This document shows, piece after piece, positions 49,926-60,581 of a stretch of 64,000 nt of DNA. Within the stretch, counting starts at the first letter, position 1. The number at the start of each line of letters is the position of its first letter. Origin of the DNA: a virus; the IMG/VR virus record IMGVR_UViG_3300025000_000007, positions 9,430-73,429 of that record. One strand, 5' to 3'. The notes under the pieces were generated by a model. It worked only from the letters and a program-made list of their open reading frames with translations. It did no database searches and was not told the DNA's origin. The translations under genes were made by a program, and so were the position numbers.

Positions 49926-50329
49926 TTGTATTTCCCAAATATCTGCTGAAGTTTCGTTTCAAACGCTCTCTGGATCTCTGCTGTGTTTTCATCGAGTGCA
50001 GGTCTAAGATACGGTCTTGCAGCCTGATTGAATCGCCTGCCTCGTTTATCAGGTCCGGTATATCCAAACTCGATCCTGGCAGCGTAATTCATATCAGAAC
50101 CGACTTGAGATTCGATCCTTCCTGGTTTTTCGATGTTTTGCAGTTCTTTTATAGAGCGTCTCAGGTTTCCCGTGTCTACAACGACTCTCATTTTTGCGTC
50201 TCTTTCGACGACTGCTGCACCTGCGGAAACGGCTTGCGATAGTGCTTTTTGACATTCATAGTCAATAGCTTTAAATACTCGTTTGAGTTCGTTAATTCCC
50301 TCAATTTTGATCGTGAATCCATCAGCCAC
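49922..50329 (-). CDS. HK97 gp10-like neck protein
   Basis: IEGINEL...VDTGNLRRSI...YAARIEFG...ARPYLRPA; start at GTG 50329. Confidence 0.85.
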   Translation of the reverse strand: MADGFTIKIEGINELKRVFKAIDYECQKALSQAVSAGAAVVERDAKMRVVVDTGNLRRSIKELQNIEKPGRIESQVGSDMNYAARIEFGYTGPDKRGRRFNQAARPYLRPALDENTAEIQRAFETKLQQIFGKYK

Positions 50330-50933
50330 GTTTCGACACCGCCTTGAGTGAGGCTTCGATGTGGTCAATGGATGATAAAAATAAATTATACAGTGTATCC
50401 ACTGCTGTGATTTCATAAGTGTGATTATATCCTGGTGTGGTTGTAGTGAGTGTATCACCCGCTTCTACTACAGCAGCAGCCGGAAGAAATACCATCGGCT
50501 CCGAAACTGTATATTTTCCAGAATCTTGATAAGAAAACGCTCCACCGAATCGACTTGTATTTGAAAACTTACACGCATAAGCTGTCGTTTTTGTAGTCTG
50601 TGTTGGTGTACCGACTGCATTAGTTTGGGGGACAGAAGCCCCGGATGAGGTAGCACTTCCTGGGGTAAGAATGCTTTTATTATCAGTTATAGATTCAGCC
50701 TGAAACGTTCCTGAAACAGCGTATATAGTGAGATATCCGGCTGCTGTTCCTGCTGCCCAAGAACCTGATGACAAAACTAAACTCTTTATAATCCCGGTTG
50801 CGTGCGAGACTGCCCCCGTAAGTGTGTACCCTGCTGTAAATGCTACAGATCCAGCAGTAAAATTAAGGATATGATCCTGAGAAGTTGAAAGAATGTTGCA
50901 GGTCTGTGTCATGGAAAAGTTAAGGGAGTTCAT
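50322..50933 (-). CDS. Head-closure protein with an inserted beta-rich domain
   Basis: Position; head-closure-like termini flanking an FTAGYTLTG...GTF insert. Confidence 0.6.
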   Translation of the reverse strand: MNSLNFSMTQTCNILSTSQDHILNFTAGSVAFTAGYTLTGAVSHATGIIKSLVLSSGSWAAGTAAGYLTIYAVSGTFQAESITDNKSILTPGSATSSGASVPQTNAVGTPTQTTKTTAYACKFSNTSRFGGAFSYQDSGKYTVSEPMVFLPAAAVVEAGDTLTTTTPGYNHTYEITAVDTLYNLFLSSIDHIEASLKAVSKRG

Positions 50934-51307
50934 TAAGATTCTCCGTCTACGGTTCCAAAACCCATCCTGCCAGATACGATAGAAAAGCCAGATGATCTAT
51001 ATTTTCTTATATAGTAAGTGGCCTTGTCTTCGTAATCCTGGATATCTTTGTCTATGGTGTTCTGTGCTTCGGAATTGCCGTTTTTTACTCTGGATGCAAG
51101 TTCCCCGGTGGTTCTCATCCTGCGGAGTGTAGCAGCACAAGCAGCGTTTTTCCCTGCAAGTATGAGAGTAGCATTTGATTCATCTGATGAACCTGCCCTT
51201 TCATATACCTCCGTGGCCACATCTGCGATTATCGCGGTGATATCCACATCTGCAAGCGTGGATGAGTATATTTTTGCCCGGATGTCAGCAACAGAACACA
51301 GAGCCAT
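50933..51307 (-). CDS. Head-tail connector (gp6/gp15-like)
   Basis: CSVADIRA start; position. Confidence 0.65.
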   Translation of the reverse strand: MALCSVADIRAKIYSSTLADVDITAIIADVATEVYERAGSSDESNATLILAGKNAACAATLRRMRTTGELASRVKNGNSEAQNTIDKDIQDYEDKATYYIRKYRSSGFSIVSGRMGFGTVDGES

Positions 51308-51315
51308 TTAACACC

Positions 51316-51525
51316 TTACTTTCTACCCTTCTCTACTGCCTGTGCAATAATCTCAGGTTCGGCGATCTTTTCAATTATGATTACGGAGTTTCCGAGCCGT
51401 TTAGCCTCTTCTTCAGAGCAAATAAATTCTTGACCGGTTTTATAAACGATCTTGGTTTCTACTCCGTCTATAATTTCACCTGTTGCAAGGTGACTAACTC
51501 GGACTCTAACTTTGACATTTCCCAT
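51316..51525 (-). CDS. Small capsid-associated protein
   Basis: YKTGQEF.CSEEEAKRLG, directly after the major capsid gene. Confidence 0.55.
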   Translation of the reverse strand: MGNVKVRVRVSHLATGEIIDGVETKIVYKTGQEFICSEEEAKRLGNSVIIIEKIAEPEIIAQAVEKGRK

Positions 51526-51529
51526 GTTA

Positions 51530-52399
51530 TCACGACAGATTAGAGGTCTTACATATAGCGTTTGCCTGCTTGATTCTCAAAACACCTGCTGAAAATACCC
51601 TACCACCGATGGGACCGGTTTTCTGGAATTCTGGGGTTTTTGGGTCAGTCTGGAAATCTGCGGTAAGATAGTAATCCATGTATGGTTCGCCTACCTCAGC
51701 AGCAGGACAGACAAAACCCTGTGCGGTAGTAAGAGAAGTGCCCACTGAAATGAGCTTACCACCATTGAGGAAATCAAGTATGTCAGGGAGTTCTCTAGTT
51801 CCGACGGTATCCCTGCTTTTCCTGATTTTCTGGAATGTAGTACTGTTGACAACCCAATTGAGTTTCATACGGTCAACAGGGACTCCATCATCATCCATGA
51901 GGTTTATTGCGCCAGTGAGTGCAGTTGTAGCCACCCCAAACGTCGCAATTGCCGCGCTTGTGGAATAGTCGTTTCCTGCTCCCTGATAGAGTCCAGGAAC
52001 TTCATAGGTAGTCCCATCATTGGACACACCGTTGATTATTGCTCCATCTTCTGCTTTTGCTGCCTGATAAGCTGCGGAAATCGCGTTTGCTGCGTCTACA
52101 TCGTACCCGTTGAGCATCCAGCCTTCGTAGATTCTGCGGTCAATTTCGTAGTCTTTCCAATAGACCGGAATTTTGGAGTTTGTAAGTTCAATGTTGATTG
52201 AGTCTTTGTTTCCGCTTGTGAAACCGAAACTGACATATCCATTAGACATCTCGGTAATTTTTCCCCAGTCTACTGAGGAAACCCCGAATCCCTGTGGAGC
52301 AGTGACGTGGACCAGTTCCCTGCCTTTCAGAACCTGTCTGAGAGGAGGGACAATCTTTTCATCGAGTTTTCTTGAAAATGCTGTAATTGCGTTTGTCAT
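51530..52399 (-). CDS. Major capsid protein, HK97 fold, encapsulin/linocin-M18-like
   Basis: LDEKIV......L.GR, IP...KDY.I..R, A..ED..I.NG, LRIK...AI. Confidence 0.8.
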   Translation of the reverse strand: MTNAITAFSRKLDEKIVPPLRQVLKGRELVHVTAPQGFGVSSVDWGKITEMSNGYVSFGFTSGNKDSINIELTNSKIPVYWKDYEIDRRIYEGWMLNGYDVDAANAISAAYQAAKAEDGAIINGVSNDGTTYEVPGLYQGAGNDYSTSAAIATFGVATTALTGAINLMDDDGVPVDRMKLNWVVNSTTFQKIRKSRDTVGTRELPDILDFLNGGKLISVGTSLTTAQGFVCPAAEVGEPYMDYYLTADFQTDPKTPEFQKTGPIGGRVFSAGVLRIKQANAICKTSNLS

Positions 52400-52411
52400 T
52401 TTTTAACCACC

Positions 52412-53314
52412 TCAGATCAGGCTCTTAAGAACAATGTCGGCTGCTGCACTTGCTGCGCTTGCTCCCTGCATACATCTACCCACTGGATAGAAACCAGGCG
52501 ATTCAATAAATACATAAATATCGCCTGCAATCGCGTGGTTTGATGGAGTGTAGACCAAGCTCTTGATTGTTCCATCAGTCACGTATCCAGTTGGGACTCC
52601 ATAAAATACAGGGGTCCCGGTTGCGTCTTTAATTTCGACTTCTTCAAGAAGCACACCGACTGTAATGGCGGCTGCACTCGCATCAACGAGATTGTGATTT
52701 ACAAGTCCGAGAGCTGCACAAGATTCCCCATCAAGAAGCCCGTCAAGATCGCCGCTTTCTACGGAGTTCTCGAAACCAACGTCAAGAGTTGCACCACTTG
52801 CAAGAGTCGTAACATTCAGCATAGCATCAGTGATTCTCATGCCTGCCGGGAAGTCTATTCCGGTGTCTACGAGAGCAGTTCCGGAAGCGTTCACGAATGG
52901 TACTTTGATTGCATATCTTCCACCGAGAGCTACACCGGGAACTACCTGCCCGTTTGCCCATGGGAAAAGCAGATCGTTTTTATATGCCACTGTACCCAAT
53001 GCAAGACCACTAGGCATTTTGATGAGGCAGTCTCCTGATACTACAGGAACCTGATCATTTGCTGCGTATATTGTAGTCAGATTGGTCGGCTGATAATTTG
53101 CGTCGCACTGTTCAAATCCGAGCCATCCACCTGGGGATTTTATACCGGTTGCAACGACTACATCATCGTCATTTGTTCCCTTGATAACGAGTCTGCCGGG
53201 GTAACAATTAGTTGCAGTCTCAACTTTCTGAATAAGCGTGGTTGGAGATCCACTCAGTACAATGCGGTTTGTAGGGGCCTGAACACCAAGATAAGACATA
53301 ATTAAGCCTCCCAT
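52412..53314 (-). CDS. Capsid decoration/cement protein
   Basis: Between scaffold and capsid genes; YPGRLVIKGT.D. Confidence 0.6.
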   Translation of the reverse strand: MGGLIMSYLGVQAPTNRIVLSGSPTTLIQKVETATNCYPGRLVIKGTNDDDVVVATGIKSPGGWLGFEQCDANYQPTNLTTIYAANDQVPVVSGDCLIKMPSGLALGTVAYKNDLLFPWANGQVVPGVALGGRYAIKVPFVNASGTALVDTGIDFPAGMRITDAMLNVTTLASGATLDVGFENSVESGDLDGLLDGESCAALGLVNHNLVDASAAAITVGVLLEEVEIKDATGTPVFYGVPTGYVTDGTIKSLVYTPSNHAIAGDIYVFIESPGFYPVGRCMQGASAASAAADIVLKSLI

Positions 53315-54378
53315 GTTCCATCAGATTTAGGTCTACCTACAGTGAATCCAGTTGAATTCGCCTGATTCGCAGGATATCTGATCTGAGCTGCGGAAAGTTT
53401 CACTGTTCCGAGATCCTGGGCAAGTTTTGAAAGGTCTGCTGCTGAAAGAGTGGTAAAGTCTTCCTGTTTAGTTTCAAGTCCGAGAGCTTCGCGGGCACTT
53501 GCGAACATCTTAAAAGCTTCTTCTCTGACGTTGACGGTTTTCAACTGTTCGTCATGTTCTGCGATAGCTGCTGCAATTATAGTTTTGAGTTCGGTCATGG
53601 GGACGCTTCCTGCTTTCTCTTTTTCAAGAGAGGCAATTAGAGTGGTTTTGGTTTCGAGATCTTTTTCAAGAGTCTCTTTTGATGCAGTCAATTCAGTTAT
53701 CTGAGTATTTGCCTCAGTGATCCCGGCTTCTTTTTCAGAAACCGAGGCTGCAAGTTTTGTAACCTGAGTATTCAGTTCTTCAATAGTGGATGCAGAAACG
53801 GAAGTGGACTTTTTGAGAGTGTCAATTTCCTTCTGCAACTCTACAAGTTTTGAATTAGCTGCCTTTAGTTCTTCTTCAGGTATGTTTTCACCTTCTGTTG
53901 ATTGAGATGCTATTAATTGAAAATCAGAAAATAATCGCAATTCCGTGTCACCGTCTGCTGATGCAGCAACCTGATAATGAGCCTGTGACCATGCTGGATT
54001 TTTTACAAGTGTCATGGACTTTACAGAGACTCCGCCCGCCCATCCATCGTTAAGGACAGGATTGGTTTTTGAGTCACCGTACATGCTCCATTTGAGATCG
54101 TTCCATGTTCCTTCCTTCAGTTTTCTTTCGGCAACTGAATCCGTAACTTTGTAACGAGCATATACTCCCTCTGGAGCTTCCCATGCCGAATCAAAAACGC
54201 CTATTCTTCCATTTGGATCTCCGGAATAATCACAAGCGTGCGCTTCACCGGGGCAGATTTTAAGAGAAGATGCTTTAATTGTGGAGAGAACGTTGTTTAG
54301 TTCCGAAGGGGGGATACCCCAACCGTTAACGTTTTTTATGTCTAGTGGGATTGCTAGACCCTGCACAAAAAGAGTCAT
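53302..54378 (-). CDS. Prohead protease/scaffold fusion
   Basis: N.NGW, H, WS, TLV.NPAW..A, then a long coiled coil. Confidence 0.7.
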   Translation of the reverse strand: MTLFVQGLAIPLDIKNVNGWGIPPSELNNVLSTIKASSLKICPGEAHACDYSGDPNGRIGVFDSAWEAPEGVYARYKVTDSVAERKLKEGTWNDLKWSMYGDSKTNPVLNDGWAGGVSVKSMTLVKNPAWSQAHYQVAASADGDTELRLFSDFQLIASQSTEGENIPEEELKAANSKLVELQKEIDTLKKSTSVSASTIEELNTQVTKLAASVSEKEAGITEANTQITELTASKETLEKDLETKTTLIASLEKEKAGSVPMTELKTIIAAAIAEHDEQLKTVNVREEAFKMFASAREALGLETKQEDFTTLSAADLSKLAQDLGTVKLSAAQIRYPANQANSTGFTVGRPKSDGTWEA

Positions 54379-54549
54379 GGTTATAACATTATATTAGTAC
54401 AATTTTTTATATAAAGTATATAAGTTGATATATATAAAACTTTTTGAGGAGTTTAAGAGTATTTTGGGGGAATTATGAAATTGAAAACAAACTAATATAT
54501 ACTATAGAGTAGTTGTATAGTTAACTAGATAACTAGGGAACTTGATAAT

Positions 54550-55672
54550 ATGCGTAAAACAAAGAAGCAGTATGATGTTTTAGAAAAGATAAAAAAACTA
54601 CACGCTGATAAAGAAGGAAAGCCGTTTATTCCTGAAGAATTACGGGAACATAATGTCACAAACACAATCAAAACGTTTGTGGGAAATGGAGTTCTTGAAG
54701 AGTGTGAGGGAACTTTCGCGGGGGGTTTGTATTATCGGTGGACTGGAAAGGAGATTGATTAAATAATGGTTGAATTTATTAACCGTATAGTTATAAGATC
54801 AACTTTTATTATATTTAAGAAAGTTAAAACTAATTCATTCTACAATAATCATACTGGGAGACATTACACAGGGAAAATAATAGGGACTGCATTGTCTTAT
54901 TATTGGGAATCTGATATAGATTACACGATTCTAACCCATGATGGAGAAAATATAATTTTAAATGAATATTGGATAGAACCATGCAGTAGCATAGGAAAAT
55001 TATTGTATAAATGGTTTGACAATAGTGCTGAGATGATACCTAAACGATTGGGGACGGTGAAAAATAAATGACTTACGCGGAATTTCCAGAATATACAATA
55101 ATTAACGGACAGCATGTTCGTTTTCCTCCTGAAGAAATGAAGAAAATTGAAGATGCGATGAAAGAAGCTGCATATAAAATTGATCCGGAAAAATACAAAG
55201 AATTTTATAAAAACTCTATCAGGTTTGATATATCTGAATCCATGTTCCAAGAGCATAAAAAGAATGAGGGAGTAACGAAGATAACAAAGACATGATAGAA
55301 AAAAGTGAGATGAAATAATTTGATTATTCTTTTTTTTAAATATGTTCAAATTGGATTCCATGGTCGCATTTAAACTGTATCGGGGAACATCAAGGAGATA
55401 GTTAAAAAATGAACTGCACTAAATTAATAGAACATGCATTCAAAAGCAAGCATCATAGCAAATGGATAAAAAGTGAAATAAAAAGGTATGAGAAAATAGA
55501 AAATCGTACTCATCAGGAACAATGGAAGTTATGTAATTTAAAAAGTATTATAACCAGTGTTCCTTTCAGTGGATGCCGAGAGATCTATGAATTATGCGAA
55601 AGTTGTGAGTATGGGAATTTGTTTTTGAGGATGCGGGATGTATACGGAAATCCAATTCGTGTAGTTGATTAA
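54550..55672 (+). CDS. Moron-like cluster of four small ORFs inside the head module
   Basis: Opposite strand, AT-rich, own TATA and TAGTTAACTA palindrome (54518-54527). Confidence 0.55.
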
Positions 55673-55677
55673 CTTTT

Positions 55678-55920
55678 TTAAAAAACAGCATCTTTTGGGT
55701 ATTCCCGATTCTTATTTTGTGTGAATTCTACGATTTCAACGCCCTTATATTCATCCTGAACTATTTTTATTATTCCTTCCTGAATGTCTGGATAGTACCC
55801 CATCACTTTTTCAGGGACGGCAATTAGATTAAGCAGGTTCTCAAAGCTTTTATCTTTTGATTTCCATGTGCCGCCCTCTGCTCTTTCTGCCGTGCGGCTG
55901 AACCATTTTATCTTAATCAT
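55678..55920 (-). CDS. Small protein coupled to MuF (possible immunity partner)
   Basis: Overlaps the MuF stop. Confidence 0.5.
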   Translation of the reverse strand: MIKIKWFSRTAERAEGGTWKSKDKSFENLLNLIAVPEKVMGYYPDIQEGIIKIVQDEYKGVEIVEFTQNKNREYPKDAVF

Positions 55921-57712
55921 AGTACCCTCTAACTACATTTACGATCCATTCAAACAGCTCAGGATCATTCTTATATAGATACTCTGGATCTTTATAAAGG
56001 TATTGTAACGCCATGCTGGTAACTTCAGTATACCCGTCGATATAAATTTTGCCTACATACGGGCTAAAGAATTTATCATGTTTTGTGATTTCAGTATCTT
56101 TATACGCTAAGTTTCCAGTGATATCCTTTAATTTCACTGCTTCTTCGCCTGCGGTTCGTTTAGCTAGGATTTTATTCGCACTATCTTTTATATATGGATT
56201 ATTAAACTCTAAATTGTGCCCAAGTTCGTGTATGAGCGTGTCTGTAGAACTATCGTTACCAAGCCATACCATATTCGACCCTTGCCTGGTAAACGCCCTC
56301 CCTGAACTAAGTTCGTTTATTTGGATTTCTGGTAAAGAGTTTCGGAGATCTTTATTTAATACCTTATTGAAAAAGTCAGTTGTGTCTTCAAATTCAGCAG
56401 TTCTTTTATTTACAAAGTTTAGATTTTCAGTGTACCGAGGATCTAATTTAATAAATACCGGCATCGCGTCTCCATCATTAATATAAAGTAGTTTCTTTAT
56501 TTTGCCCCTTGTTTCATCGTGTATAGCGTCCTGTAATTTCACAAGTTTTTCAATTTCGTCATTCAGTGCATCTATTTTGTTCCATTCTAAATCAATGAGA
56601 TCTAGTTTTTTATTTAATAAAGCATCTGATATTTTCCCTTCTTCGTATTCTTTAATAATGAGTGCCCTGCGCGATTCTACATCTTTTGCAAAATCATATT
56701 TTTTATCACGGAGTTCCAACCGTTTGTTAATGAGAGTTTCTATTTCATCGGCTTCTGTTTTATATGTGTCCTCAATGTTTACCATTAATTCATTTGCTCT
56801 CGGTATGTTATTAATAAACTGAGTATCGATATCCACACCCAACTTTGCTAATCTTTTTTCAATATCCTCATCCAAAATAAACTTATCAATTCTATATTTA
56901 TCATTAAATACATCAATATTCTTAAAAGTCCCTTTCACAAGATCCTTATCAAGAGGTTCTTTTAACGGTTTAAAATTCTGAGAAACTGGCTTTTCAAAGT
57001 TTCGGTTTTCATATCTTAGAGAATCATCAATCTCAGAAAATGAAGTAATCGGAATTAGACTGCTTCTACAGTGAAAATGCGTAGGGGGAGAATGTGCCCT
57101 CAAATCTGCGGAATCCGTTTTAAAAACAGTTCCGTGCATTATCCGGCATTGTGGACTTGTCTTACTATCTATAGTAGCATAGAACTGACACTCTTCGATA
57201 CCCTGTTGTTTGTATCGGTGTAATGTTGTTGATGTCGCGACATCCGCCGAAAAAGTCCGAGCAAACCGTTCAGCCCTGTATTTCTCACCGCCCCATAGAT
57301 CCTTCATTCTCTTTGCGAGAACGCGAGGATTTTCCTGATAGATACCTTCGTCCTTGAGAGTTCTAATAATGGATTCAGCAACATTATCAGACAATTCAAC
57401 TGACTGCCTCACAGCCTCTTCCGTGAGAGGCATAACCTGAGAAGACGCTGACAGCTTAACCGCATTATTATAATAATCTGTAGAGGCTGAGATTGAGCCG
57501 TCTAAATGTGCATCAGTGTATTTTACCGAAGTGAGATAAAGATCATCAATTAGTTTATCAAGTTGTATCCTAAAAGTTGCACTCTTAAATTGTTTTGCTA
57601 AAGTAGCTTTTAGTTTAGCAGGATTGCCAGTTAATCCCCTCTGGAATGTACGATCAAAAAGAGAAATAAGCAGAGATTCAATTTTTAGAATCTCTTTTGA
57701 ATCAAGGAGCAT
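55913..57712 (-). CDS. MuF/SPP1 gp7 head morphogenesis protein with a C-terminal HExxH zincin domain
   Basis: RAERFART...D.KTS..C...HG...PP.HF.CRS; C-terminal TLIHELGH...Y......EV.S. Confidence 0.85.
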   Translation of the reverse strand: MLLDSKEILKIESLLISLFDRTFQRGLTGNPAKLKATLAKQFKSATFRIQLDKLIDDLYLTSVKYTDAHLDGSISASTDYYNNAVKLSASSQVMPLTEEAVRQSVELSDNVAESIIRTLKDEGIYQENPRVLAKRMKDLWGGEKYRAERFARTFSADVATSTTLHRYKQQGIEECQFYATIDSKTSPQCRIMHGTVFKTDSADLRAHSPPTHFHCRSSLIPITSFSEIDDSLRYENRNFEKPVSQNFKPLKEPLDKDLVKGTFKNIDVFNDKYRIDKFILDEDIEKRLAKLGVDIDTQFINNIPRANELMVNIEDTYKTEADEIETLINKRLELRDKKYDFAKDVESRRALIIKEYEEGKISDALLNKKLDLIDLEWNKIDALNDEIEKLVKLQDAIHDETRGKIKKLLYINDGDAMPVFIKLDPRYTENLNFVNKRTAEFEDTTDFFNKVLNKDLRNSLPEIQINELSSGRAFTRQGSNMVWLGNDSSTDTLIHELGHNLEFNNPYIKDSANKILAKRTAGEEAVKLKDITGNLAYKDTEITKHDKFFSPYVGKIYIDGYTEVTSMALQYLYKDPEYLYKNDPELFEWIVNVVRGYYD

Positions 57713-58950
57713 TATTCCCCGGTGGAGTCTTTAGGAGTGAAACCGCCCCATAACAAAGCAGAATTATCATCCAATAATCCTGTATTTCTCCATTCCAATA
57801 TTTCCGAAGAGGTAAATTTCGGTTTACTCAGTTCATCGAATTTTACTGTTACGGAATCCTCTTTCATTCCCATAGACAGGAGCATTTTATTCAATATCTG
57901 ATTAGCTGTTGTTTCAAGTATGCCCTGATCCCCTTCAAGAACCATCATTCTATCTTCTTCTACCATGTAACTGGAAGCATAAGTCGTCTGAAACGATGCT
58001 CCCATAGTAAGAGGAGATTGATATAATCCAACCATTATTTCAGTTTCAAGCGCACTCTTAAACGCCATTACGTCAAGCGTTCCGTTTGCATCTATTGGTT
58101 TTACATCGAGTCCATAGAAAACAAGATCCTCATTAGCGGATAGATTTTTATATAATTCCATGAATTCGGTAAGTGCGGCTTGTGCTTCCTTGGGGGATAT
58201 AGTTCCAATTTTAACAGCTTCTTCGAGAGATCTGAGATCGTATAAATATCTGCCATTGCCGTACTTTTTATAAAAAATACGCTGCCCTTCGTTAACGTCA
58301 AGGAGAGCACGTATAGCAGGCTTTAGCGGATCGAGAGGGGACTGCCCGTATAGTCCTCTAGTTTTTCTTTGCAGTACATCGTCCTGGATGGAATCAAAAG
58401 GATTGAGTGCGCAATAGATTACATCTTCGGGTTTTAGTGGTATTTCCTTAACTTCAGATATTTTATTACCTTCATTAACACAAAATTGAGCTATCGGAGG
58501 TTCCATAATAAATTTAGGAGTACTACCAGGAGAAACACCTTCCGGCAAGATAGTAGTTGCAGACATCAAAAGAGGAGTAGCCTGGAACGTTTCAGCCTTT
58601 CCTATGGTAGTTGCAATATAAGTCCCATGAATCACAAGTTGCCGAGCTACTGTCTGAATTTGCCCTTTGAAATTATTCTTTTTTGCAGCAGCTTCAACTG
58701 CGTTTTTTGCTTTTGTTTTACCTTCAAAGCGCATTCCCTTTGTGAGAGTCCGCGCGTACTTGTTTATTGAGGTTGATACATACGTATTGCAGGTTGCTAA
58801 CTGTTCGCGATATGTAGCAGGGTTTGAGGTATCCATATTTATGTATGGCCCGACACTTGCGGAGGTATCCGAGGATGAGAGGGATTCTATGGCTGCCGCA
58901 ATTGTGAAAGTTTTTTCAGTTGATGGGACAGCAGCATCTAGGAGAGTCAT
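57712..58950 (-). CDS. Portal protein
   Basis: Follows the terminase; YGQSPL motif; 412 aa. Confidence 0.75.
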   Translation of the reverse strand: MTLLDAAVPSTEKTFTIAAAIESLSSSDTSASVGPYINMDTSNPATYREQLATCNTYVSTSINKYARTLTKGMRFEGKTKAKNAVEAAAKKNNFKGQIQTVARQLVIHGTYIATTIGKAETFQATPLLMSATTILPEGVSPGSTPKFIMEPPIAQFCVNEGNKISEVKEIPLKPEDVIYCALNPFDSIQDDVLQRKTRGLYGQSPLDPLKPAIRALLDVNEGQRIFYKKYGNGRYLYDLRSLEEAVKIGTISPKEAQAALTEFMELYKNLSANEDLVFYGLDVKPIDANGTLDVMAFKSALETEIMVGLYQSPLTMGASFQTTYASSYMVEEDRMMVLEGDQGILETTANQILNKMLLSMGMKEDSVTVKFDELSKPKFTSSEILEWRNTGLLDDNSALLWGGFTPKDSTGE

Positions 58951-59045
58951 GCTAAATAATATAACTGTTATAAATAAAAATGTTTGTATTGAAGTAATCG
59001 AAATTTAATACATTTTATACTAAAAAACGTTAATTTCATGTGATT

Positions 59046-60581
59046 TCAGCGATTTTTAGCTGGAAACATGAGAGAAACGTCAAATCCTTTGTTTTTGAAT
59101 GGATTTTCAATTACAACCTGAGTTGCAAAACTTACAACATCCACGCAATCATCATGTGCGGCATTTGGGAATCCTAAAAGCTCAGTTTCAAAGTCGTGTA
59201 ATCCCGGCAGAGTATCCAAAAAATAGATAGTTCCGGTTGCAATTCTCGTCGCCGCCGGGATAAATCTTGAAACTTTATCAGATTCTTCTTTGATTCTGTC
59301 TACAGGTAGCCCTTCTGCTTTCAGTGTTTGAAACAGACTGATACCTAATCCGGCGGTCCCCACCCACTGTTTAACGGGTTTCCATCGTGTGTACTGCTGT
59401 TTGAATAGAGATACCTGATCTGGTGTTTCTAAGCGGGTTTTTATGAGGTCAATTAATGCAAGATCGTTGTTCGGAGTCTGCGCCCATGTTCCTAGAGCAA
59501 AGTAATCGGCACTTGTTTTTGTACTCGCTGCCGGGTCACATGTCTGGAAAATACGACATTGCGAGAGGAGATGCTGTTTTGTTTCTCCGAGATCGAGTAT
59601 TTCACCACGGATGGAGCAGTATTTAAACTGTTCTCTTTTTACGAGGTTTCCGGCTGCTGCGGATGGGCGTTGTTGATAGAGGGAGAGCCATTCATATGCG
59701 GTAAACGTTTCTTTAGTTCGAAACATATCTTCAGTAGAAAACTCCTCCTCCCATAATGCTTGATTTGGTCCAGTTCTCTGATCGTATGCGGCTAGCGTTT
59801 CTTCTGATAACGCCGGGAGTGACAATACTTCCCATTGATCAGCGTTTGGATTTTTATCTGCAATGTCTAATACCCAACCAAGCAGATCATCTTCTTGCCA
59901 ACGTGTTAATGTAAGGAGTATGCCGGCCCCCTTTTGCCGTCGGGTTCTAAAAACGCTATTGTACCAATCTTTAATATTTTTTCTGTATGTGGGGCTTTCA
60001 GCATCTGCTCTATTGCGTATGGGGTCATCGATTATGCCGTAATCGAACCCAAAGCCAGTTATGGAACCCCCGACTCCTGCACATTTATATATACCTTTAT
60101 GCCCTACAATTTCAAATATTTCCGAATTCCTTAAATAACTCCCATGTGAATCTGATCTGACGTTCGATTCATTTAGTCGTATATTTGGGAAAACTTCGTG
60201 ATATTCAGACGAGCTTAAAATACGTTGGACGTCACGATTCATCATTGACGCTAGGTCTGCACCATAAGAACATGAAATAATCTTTGCGTCGGGTTTTACT
60301 CCAAATATAAAAGCAGGTAGCCTCCTTGACACAAATTCACTTTTAGTATGTCTAGGAGGCATTGTGATAGCTAGATTCTTAATTTCCCCTTTTACAAACT
60401 GATCCAATTTAGATGCAACTAATTTATGATGCCAGCTTTCCCTAAAATCATCCATTGTAAAACGGGTAAAATCAAGAATGTTAGTACTAGCCCGTCGTCG
60501 TTTTATTTCGTGATCACTGGCTTTTATCTGTTCAAGTGCCCTGTATATATCCAGCGTCTGCGAGTTTTTTGAGGTTATCAT
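59046..60581 (-). CDS. terL: Terminase large subunit
   Basis: MPPRHTKS (Walker A), GIIDDP (Walker B), TRW..DD, LYQQRP, DPA, HDDCVD. Confidence 0.95.
   Translation of the reverse strand: MITSKNSQTLDIYRALEQIKASDHEIKRRRASTNILDFTRFTMDDFRESWHHKLVASKLDQFVKGEIKNLAITMPPRHTKSEFVSRRLPAFIFGVKPDAKIISCSYGADLASMMNRDVQRILSSSEYHEVFPNIRLNESNVRSDSHGSYLRNSEIFEIVGHKGIYKCAGVGGSITGFGFDYGIIDDPIRNRADAESPTYRKNIKDWYNSVFRTRRQKGAGILLTLTRWQEDDLLGWVLDIADKNPNADQWEVLSLPALSEETLAAYDQRTGPNQALWEEEFSTEDMFRTKETFTAYEWLSLYQQRPSAAAGNLVKREQFKYCSIRGEILDLGETKQHLLSQCRIFQTCDPAASTKTSADYFALGTWAQTPNNDLALIDLIKTRLETPDQVSLFKQQYTRWKPVKQWVGTAGLGISLFQTLKAEGLPVDRIKEESDKVSRFIPAATRIATGTIYFLDTLPGLHDFETELLGFPNAAHDDCVDVVSFATQVVIENPFKNKGFDVSLMFPAKNR

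Noticed and set aside
51530-52399. Cellular encapsulin nanocompartment operon
   Set aside because: Embedded between the protease/scaffold and head-tail connector genes, with no cargo enzyme
39587-56822. Many plus-strand ORFs overlapping structural genes (e.g. 40767..41396, 45600..46055, 56049..56486)
   Set aside because: Antisense shadows of well-supported minus-strand genes, with no motifs
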